Made by a program: the position numbers and the translations under genes | The notes under the pieces: model-generated | Seen by the model: only the letters and a program-made list of their open reading frames with translations | What the model was told of the DNA's origin: nothing | Databases searched by the model: none | In this document: in pieces, positions 1 through 5,213 of the stretch | Numbering within the stretch: position 1 is the stretch's first letter | How the letters are laid out: each line of letters starts with the position of its first letter | Assembly (NCBI GenBank): GCA_046581755.1 | Contig: JAYGFR010000237.1 | Coordinates: forward strand, 1-11,526 | From: Nitrospinota bacterium | GTDB lineage: Bacteria > UBA8248 | Length of the DNA stretch: 11,526 bases | Reading direction: 5' to 3'

Positions 1-66
1 GCCGTTTCATTCGGTATTCTCCTTCTGGTTCTGGCGGTTCGGCCCGCCGGCCTCTTCGGGAGGTAG
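1..66 (+). CDS. livH: 3' end of Liv-type ABC transporter permease (LivH-like), truncated by the window edge
   Basis: Frame 1 reads AVSFGILLLVLAVRPAGLFGR* (TAG 64-66). The hydrophobic helix plus RPxGLFG is the typical LivH C-terminus, and it lies 3 nt before the LivM-like gene. Confidence 0.85.
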   Translation, partial: AVSFGILLLVLAVRPAGLFGR

Positions 67-69
67 TTC

Positions 70-1023
70 TTGAAGAACAAATCGTTTTTTTGGGTGGCGA
101 TCGGCGTCGTGGTGTTGGGGTTCGCCCTCACCGGCGTGATGGAAAACCGGTACTACTATAAGGCTGGCTACATCGTTCTTCAGTTTGTCGTCCTGGCGAC
201 CGCTTGGAACATTCTGGGCGGATACACCGGCTACGTAAATTTCGGCTCGGGCGCTTTCTTCGGCATTGGCGCCTACACGGCCGTCGCCCTCATCAAGACC
301 TTCAATCTGTCACTGCCTTTTTTGCTCATCTCCGGGGGAGTCGTCGCCGCCCTCCTGGGGCTGGGAATCGGCTATCTCACGCTCCGGCTCAAGGGGATTT
401 TTTTCTCGATCGCCACGTTGGCTCTCGCCGTCGTTTTGGAGATGTTGGTCGTCAACTGGGAATATGTGGGCGGAGGGGCCGGAATTCCCATCGTGCATCC
501 GAGAGAGCCCCTCTTCTTCTCCAACTATGACGAATTCCTTTTCTTCGTCATGTTGGTCCTCGCCGTCGTGGCGTTGGCCATCGCCCGGTTCATCGAGAAC
601 TCCCGGATCGGAAGGGGGATGGCCGCCATCCGCGACAGCGAGGAGGCGGCCGAGTGCATGGGCGTCCCCACCTTAAAACTGAAACTCTTCGCCACCACGG
701 TGAGCGGATTCTTGATGGGCATGGCCGGCGCCCCCTTCCCGTACTATGTTACCTATGTCGAGCCCTCTTCCGCCTTCGACCTCAACTACGCCGTGAACAG
801 TTTGGCCATGCCGATGATCGGCGGAACGGCGACCTGGATAGGCCCCCTCGTGGGGGCGGGTCTGCTGGCGACGGCGCAGCAGTGGGCGACGGTGACGGTC
901 TCCTCGGAGATGAACCTGTTGATCGTGGGCGTCTTGCTCGTCGGGTTCGTGGTCTTCGCGCCGGAGGGGCTGGTGGGCCTCTTCCGGAAAATTCGCGCCA
1001 GGACCACGGGAAAAGCAGCCTGA
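70..1023 (+). CDS. livM: Branched-chain amino acid family ABC transporter permease (LivM-like)
   Basis: 317 aa multi-TM protein with a TTG start. Motifs WNILGGYTGYVNFG..AFFGIGAY, LRLKGIFFSIATLA, GRGMAAIRDSEEAAECMGV and C-terminal PEGLVG. The actual substrate is not determinable. Confidence 0.92.
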   Translation: MKNKSFFWVAIGVVVLGFALTGVMENRYYYKAGYIVLQFVVLATAWNILGGYTGYVNFGSGAFFGIGAYTAVALIKTFNLSLPFLLISGGVVAALLGLGIGYLTLRLKGIFFSIATLALAVVLEMLVVNWEYVGGGAGIPIVHPREPLFFSNYDEFLFFVMLVLAVVALAIARFIENSRIGRGMAAIRDSEEAAECMGVPTLKLKLFATTVSGFLMGMAGAPFPYYVTYVEPSSAFDLNYAVNSLAMPMIGGTATWIGPLVGAGLLATAQQWATVTVSSEMNLLIVGVLLVGFVVFAPEGLVGLFRKIRARTTGKAA

Positions 1024-1748
1024 TGGCCGAGAAGCTCCTTGAGGTGCGTCAAGTGACAAAACACTTCGGCGGTTTTCGCGCCCTTTCCGATGTCAGTCTG
1101 CACGTCAACGAACACGAGCGTCTGGGCCTCATCGGCCCGAACGGATCTGGCAAGACCACCCTGATCAACTGCATTTCCGGCTCGCTCCGCAACGAGAGCG
1201 GAACCATTCTCTTTTCCGGTACCGAAATTGGCGCGATGCCCACCTATCAGCGCGCGCGTCTCGGAATCGCGCGCAGCTTTCAGATTCCCAAGCCTTTCGT
1301 CAGCATGACGCTTCTCGAAAACCTCTGCATCCCGCTCGAATACGCCACCCACCTGAAATCCGGTGACGGCGGCGTCGCCACCGAGGCGATGGAGATTCTG
1401 GATCAAATTGGCCTCGCCGACAGGGCGGATGCCCGCCCGGCCGACCTCACGCAGATCGATATGCGCAAGCTCGAACTGGCCCGCGCCATAGCGGCCAAAC
1501 CCCGCCTTCTCATCTCCGACGAAACGATGGCCGGCCTTTCGGCCGCCGAGGTGGACGGCATTCTCGATATTCTTTTCAAGCTAAACGAGCAGGGAATCAC
1601 CATCATCATGATTGAACACATCATGCGTGCCGTCATGAGTTTTTCGGAGCGCATTGTCGTCCTCGATGCCGGCGAAAAGATCGCCGAGGGTACACCGGAT
1701 GAAATTGTGAACGACAAGGCAGTGGAGAGGGCCTACCTTGGCGAATAG
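1023..1748 (+). CDS. livG: ABC transporter ATP-binding protein (LivG-like)
   Basis: The real start is most likely ATG at 1023, overlapping the livM stop (TGATG), giving MAEKLLEV.... Walker A GPNGSGKTT, Q-loop ARSFQ, Walker B LLISDE, H-loop IEHIM, C-terminal AYLG. The ORF-track start at 654 is an overextension inside livM. Confidence 0.92.
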   Translation: MAEKLLEVRQVTKHFGGFRALSDVSLHVNEHERLGLIGPNGSGKTTLINCISGSLRNESGTILFSGTEIGAMPTYQRARLGIARSFQIPKPFVSMTLLENLCIPLEYATHLKSGDGGVATEAMEILDQIGLADRADARPADLTQIDMRKLELARAIAAKPRLLISDETMAGLSAAEVDGILDILFKLNEQGITIIMIEHIMRAVMSFSERIVVLDAGEKIAEGTPDEIVNDKAVERAYLGE

Positions 1749-2469
1749 AATCGTCATCAATAATCTGGAGGCCGGCTACGGCTCCGTCCGGGTGTTGCAC
1801 GGTATTTCCATCGAAGTAAATGATGGCGAGACCGTCGTTCTTCTGGGCACGAACGGAAACGGAAAAAGTACCCTGTTCAAATGCATCATGGGGATGATTC
1901 CGCCAACGGCCGGCGAGCTTTACATCGAAATCGACAGCCAGCGCACCGATCTCGCCGGGATGGCAACCGAGGATATCGTGAACCTCGGCGTAGCCCTTGT
2001 GCCCGAGGGCCGGAGGCTATTTCCCATGCTCACCGTCGAGGAGAATCTCCTTCTGGGTGCCTACCGGGCGGATGCGCGCAAAGACATCGACCGGAACATG
2101 GAATTCTGCCTCGAGGCTTTTCCCATTCTCGAAGAGCGCAAACACCAGCTTGCCGGCAGCATGAGCGGCGGAGAACAGCAGATGCTTGCGGTTGCCCGTG
2201 CTCTCATGTCATCCCCCAAGGTGCTTCTCGTGGACGAGCCCTCCGTTGGCCTGGCCCCGATTTTTGTTAACCGCGTGATTGCGAAAATCAAAGAGTTAAA
2301 GGAAAAATACAACCTGACCGTCCTCATGGCCGAGCAGAACTTCAACCAGGCGGTGAAGATCGCCGATCGGGGCTACATTATCGTTCATGGGCAAATCGAA
2401 TTCGAGGGCAAGAACATCGAAGAGCTGGCCAGCCATGATCTGGTGAAGAAATATTACCTTGGGGGGTAA
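1738..2469 (+). CDS. livF: ABC transporter ATP-binding protein (LivF-like)
   Basis: 243 aa, TTG start preceded by GGAGAGG and overlapping livG by 11 nt. Walker A GTNGNGKST, LVPEGRRLF, signature MSGGEQQML, Walker B LLVDEPSVGLAP, EQN switch, YYLGG end. Confidence 0.93.
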   Translation: MANRIVINNLEAGYGSVRVLHGISIEVNDGETVVLLGTNGNGKSTLFKCIMGMIPPTAGELYIEIDSQRTDLAGMATEDIVNLGVALVPEGRRLFPMLTVEENLLLGAYRADARKDIDRNMEFCLEAFPILEERKHQLAGSMSGGEQQMLAVARALMSSPKVLLVDEPSVGLAPIFVNRVIAKIKELKEKYNLTVLMAEQNFNQAVKIADRGYIIVHGQIEFEGKNIEELASHDLVKKYYLGG

Positions 2470-2735
2470 ACGCCCCTTCGCAAATCTCCCCCCATTCCTC
2501 TTCCCGTCCTTCCGAAACACCAGCCGGGCATGAAAAAATCCTCGGAAAACATCCGTAACATTGGATTCATTACGGTGGATTTCGGGAACCTGAAACCGAT
2601 GTCCACCTTATCTCCATGGTATTGATATATTTTGTGGGATCCGGAAATGGGGCGGGGCGGCGAAAAACGGAACGCCGCCGTCAGAAAAAAATGGACAATG
2701 ATCGATATACTTCCGCAGCGGCGCACGATGATCGG

Positions 2736-3711
2736 CTACGGCCTGATGACAATGCCGTGGGGGTCTTTTCCCACCCGGATCGATTTGACGACTTTGCGCT
2801 TTTTCAGATCGATCACATCCACAACGTTACTCACCCGGGTTGTGACGTAGGCCTCTGTTTCGTCAGGCGAGAGAGCGATTATGTCGGGCTTGGAGCTTGT
2901 CGAAATTTTTGCCAGGACCTTGAATCTCTTCGCGTCGATGATGGCCAGATTGTTGTCCAGCCGATTGGTGATATACAAACGCGTACCGCCTGGTCCGAAT
3001 GTCAGCCCGTGTGGGTCCTTCCCCAGCGTGACCTCCCGGACAACTTCCAGCTCCTCGGTACCAAGAACGCTCACCACCCGGTCTCCTCCTTCGGTTACCC
3101 AGACATGCTTTCCGTCCGGAGAAGACTCGATGCCCATTACGGCCTTCCCGGTGAAGATCGACTTGAGAAATTTCCGGCTCCGGGCGTCGAAGACGGCCAC
3201 GTCCGCCGTCCCGCCGTTGCTGACGAAGGCGCGCCGTCCGTCCGGCGAGAACGCTACCAGCATCGGCTTTTTTCCCATCGAATCGATCTTTCCAATCTGC
3301 TTGCGGGTGGCCGTGTCGATAATCGTAACGGTGTTTTCCCCTACGTTCGCCGTCCAGAGCTCTCCGCCTTCGGGCGATAGGGTGACGCCGTGGCATCCCT
3401 TTCCCGCGGGCAGCGTGGCGACTTCAGCCATCGTTTTCGTATCGAAGACGCTGACCGTTCCGGTCCCCACGTTGGCGACGTAGAGCGTGGCGCCGTCCTT
3501 GCTGATGGCCCCGTTGTGCGGCCTTGACCCCGTTGACCCTGACCGTCTTCACCACCTTGCGCGAGGCGGTGTTGATTACGCTGATCGTGTTATCCCCTTG
3601 ATTCGTCACGTACAGCGTAGCCGGGTGGGCGGCCGGGGAAAGGATCGCGAGCCAAAGAGCCGAAACGGGATAGATCATTCCCGCCGGTTTCCATCCAAAC
3701 CTGGATTTCAT
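2736..3711 (-). pseudogene. Secreted YVTN/YncE-type 7-bladed beta-propeller, interrupted by a +1 frameshift near 3520-3548 (about 324 aa when restored)
   Basis: ATG at 3711 follows AGGAGG. This frame gives a signal-peptide-like segment (SALWLAILSPAAHPA) and LYVTNQGDNTISVINTASRKVVKTVRV. The repeat continues in a second frame, GSRPHNGAISKDGATLYVANVGTGTVSVFD..., which is the 2736-3470 ORF with repeats LWTAN, AFVSN, VWVTE, LYITN and AYVTT. That frame is closed upstream by TGA at 3549-3551. The family call is firm; pseudogene versus error or recoding is not. Confidence 0.8.
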
Positions 3712-3717
3712 CTTGGC

Positions 3718-3723
3718 CTCCTA
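3718..3723 (-). promoter_or_regulatory. Shine-Dalgarno site (AGGAGG) for the beta-propeller gene, approximate position
   Basis: The minus strand reads ...gctAGGAGGccaagATG(3711). Confidence 0.7.
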
Positions 3724-3773
3724 GCCTTTCGCATTTCTTACGAGAAAATCAGGAAAAAGCGCTCAATTCCCCT

Positions 3774-4214
3774 TTAAGCAGCGCTAAATCTAATCTCTTT
3801 CATCGTCTCGGAACGATCTCCCCGGTGGTTTGTGAACACCACCCGGACCGGGGCTTCTTTGTCCGCTTTCAAATGAAATCCGAAGATCGGATCGTCGCTG
3901 ATGGCGGAGGTGGTTTCAATCTTCGCTGCGAGTTCTCCGCCATAGAAAACCTCCACCAGCCGGATAAAAAAAGCCGGCCGGTTAAATTCGAACGACCCGT
4001 CCCGAAGGGGCCGCAGCCCTGTTCGGCTGGGATGCCGGATCTTCACGAGCACGCGTATGATCTCACCCTTCCGGATCTTCTATGGAAGGCGCATCCGAGG
4101 CGTTTGCATACGGTAGCGTTTTTCCTCTTCGGTTTGCCGCCGCTCGGTGGCGCGCATCTGGGCCATTTCCGCATTCGAATAGGCGAACTTCAACTCTGCA
4201 CCGATCTGCGCCAT
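3774..4214 (-). pseudogene. SoxZ-like sulfur-carrier subunit with in-frame TAG at 4080-4082 (146 aa if read through)
   Basis: ATG at 4214 follows AGGAG. Manual translation: MAQIGAELKF...TPRMRLP*KIRKGEIIRVLVKIRHPSRTGLR...AFFIRLVEVFYGGELAAKIETTSAISDDPIFGFHLKA...VRVVFTNHRGD...*. The pattern KGE.I.V...I.HP..TG.R / S.AIS.DP.F.F / V.F.N..G matches SoxZ. The ORF track shows only the post-TAG fragment (3774-4052). Confidence 0.78.
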
Positions 4215-4237
4215 GCCTCGATTCTCCTAATCGGCTC

Positions 4238-4702
4238 TCAGAATCCGCCCTTGTCCACCTTGATGGGGCGGCTAAAGCGGAATCTTCCGTGCTTCGTTCA
4301 GTTCACGAAAACAAAAACCCTGGAACGACCACGGTCCATCCGCAGACGGGCCGAGAGGTGGACCCGTCCAGTGGCAGGCGTGAAATGATAAATTCCCTTG
4401 CCGGGAACGGGATCGCTGAATTTGAATATCTCGATCGACTCGATGTAATCTCCGGGCCGCTGGTCGTGATCCATATCGATGATGATGGGAACCTCCGCAC
4501 CGTCCTCGGCGTGACGGAGCATCTGGATTCGGGGCATGTGCTCCCGCTCGAGGTGGAGCATCGATTCCGGGCGGCCGAAACGATGGACCCTCCTGGAGAT
4601 GGCCCGCACTTCCCCGGCCCATGCGGAGAGGATTCCGGCTCCCGATGCGGCCGCCAAGCGCATGAATGAGCGTCGCGTCACCTCCCAAATCGTTCCGCCC
4701 AT
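4238..4702 (-). CDS. Tat-exported SoxY-like protein with desulfoferrodoxin/SOR-like metal motifs; in-frame TGA at 4298-4300 (selenocysteine or nonsense lesion), 154 aa if read through
   Basis: N-terminal TRRSFMRL twin-arginine signal. SoxY-like AEDGAEVPI, DPVP, FTP...LSARLRM. Reading through the TGA gives VFVN-*-TKHGRFRFSRPIKVDKGGF*, which aligns with the SoxY tail (VKV..GGC) and ends just before the RBS of the SoxZ-like gene. Confidence 0.75.
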
Positions 4703-5213
4703 TTTCTCTCACTCCCCGGAGATAGCAGCCAATATTCAAAGACGAATAAGCTGTCCATTATTGGATAAAACACCCAATTTTAAAGCTCTGCCTATATGGT
4801 TAACGCCGGGCGTGAGGCGCGTATTCCCCCAAAAACCCACACTGGGGCTGGCTTGCCTGGGCGGCAATAAGGTTTGACGCCCTGCCTCGCCCTGCAATTA
4901 AAATCCGTTTCGCGCCCGCGGCCCAGTTGGAATTCGATAGGGTCTCCTGGTGTTTTTCGAGTCTTTGCTGATGGCGGGGGTATTGGAGGCGGCAATCCGT
5001 ACCATGGCGCACGAGAATCCCGCGCGGCTCCTGGATCTCGAATGACGGGCGCCGTTCGAAAGCGAATGCCCATTGACCGTGGGGTGTCTTCGTGTTTTCC
5101 TTTCATTAAAGAAAAAGAAGAATTTGGCCGGGATATTTGCCTTCACTCCCAGACTTGCTTTCATTATTCAATTTAACGGATTGTTGGACGGACCAAACCG
5201 ACATGGGGGGCAT

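Noticed and set aside
654..1022. N-terminal extension of the 364-aa ORF 654-1748
   Set aside because: It overlaps livM out of frame and is Arg/Gly-rich non-protein-like sequence. The ATPase begins at the coupled ATG 1023.
2530..2625. 31-aa ORF MKKSSENIRNIGFITVDFGNLKPMSTLSPWY, whose IRNIG resembles the start of EF-G/LepA
   Set aside because: No following P-loop (AHxDxGKT) and no RBS, so probably coincidental.
2656..2691. Intrinsic terminator at the GGCGGCG/CGCCGCC hairpin with adjacent A7 run
   Set aside because: The run is on the wrong side: A-rich after the stem on +, and T-rich before the stem on -. It is not a canonical Rho-independent terminator.
4190..4240. Second in-frame TGA (4238-4240) after GGF read as another Sec (GGFU), or a SoxY-SoxZ fusion by readthrough
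   Set aside because: It is one residue off the GGC column. Readthrough gives EPIRRIEAWRRSVQS and another TGA in a frame different from SoxZ, and SoxZ has its own RBS and ATG. It is best read as the true stop.
5124..5140. Sigma-54-like TGGC...TTGC upstream of the CocE gene
   Set aside because: The GG-to-GC spacing is 11 nt rather than the required 10.
5073..5213. 47-aa N-terminal extension of the CocE ORF as a possible signal peptide
   Set aside because: It runs through AT-rich promoter-like DNA with a TTG start and no RBS. ATG 5214 has a G-rich SD and begins the family-like sequence.
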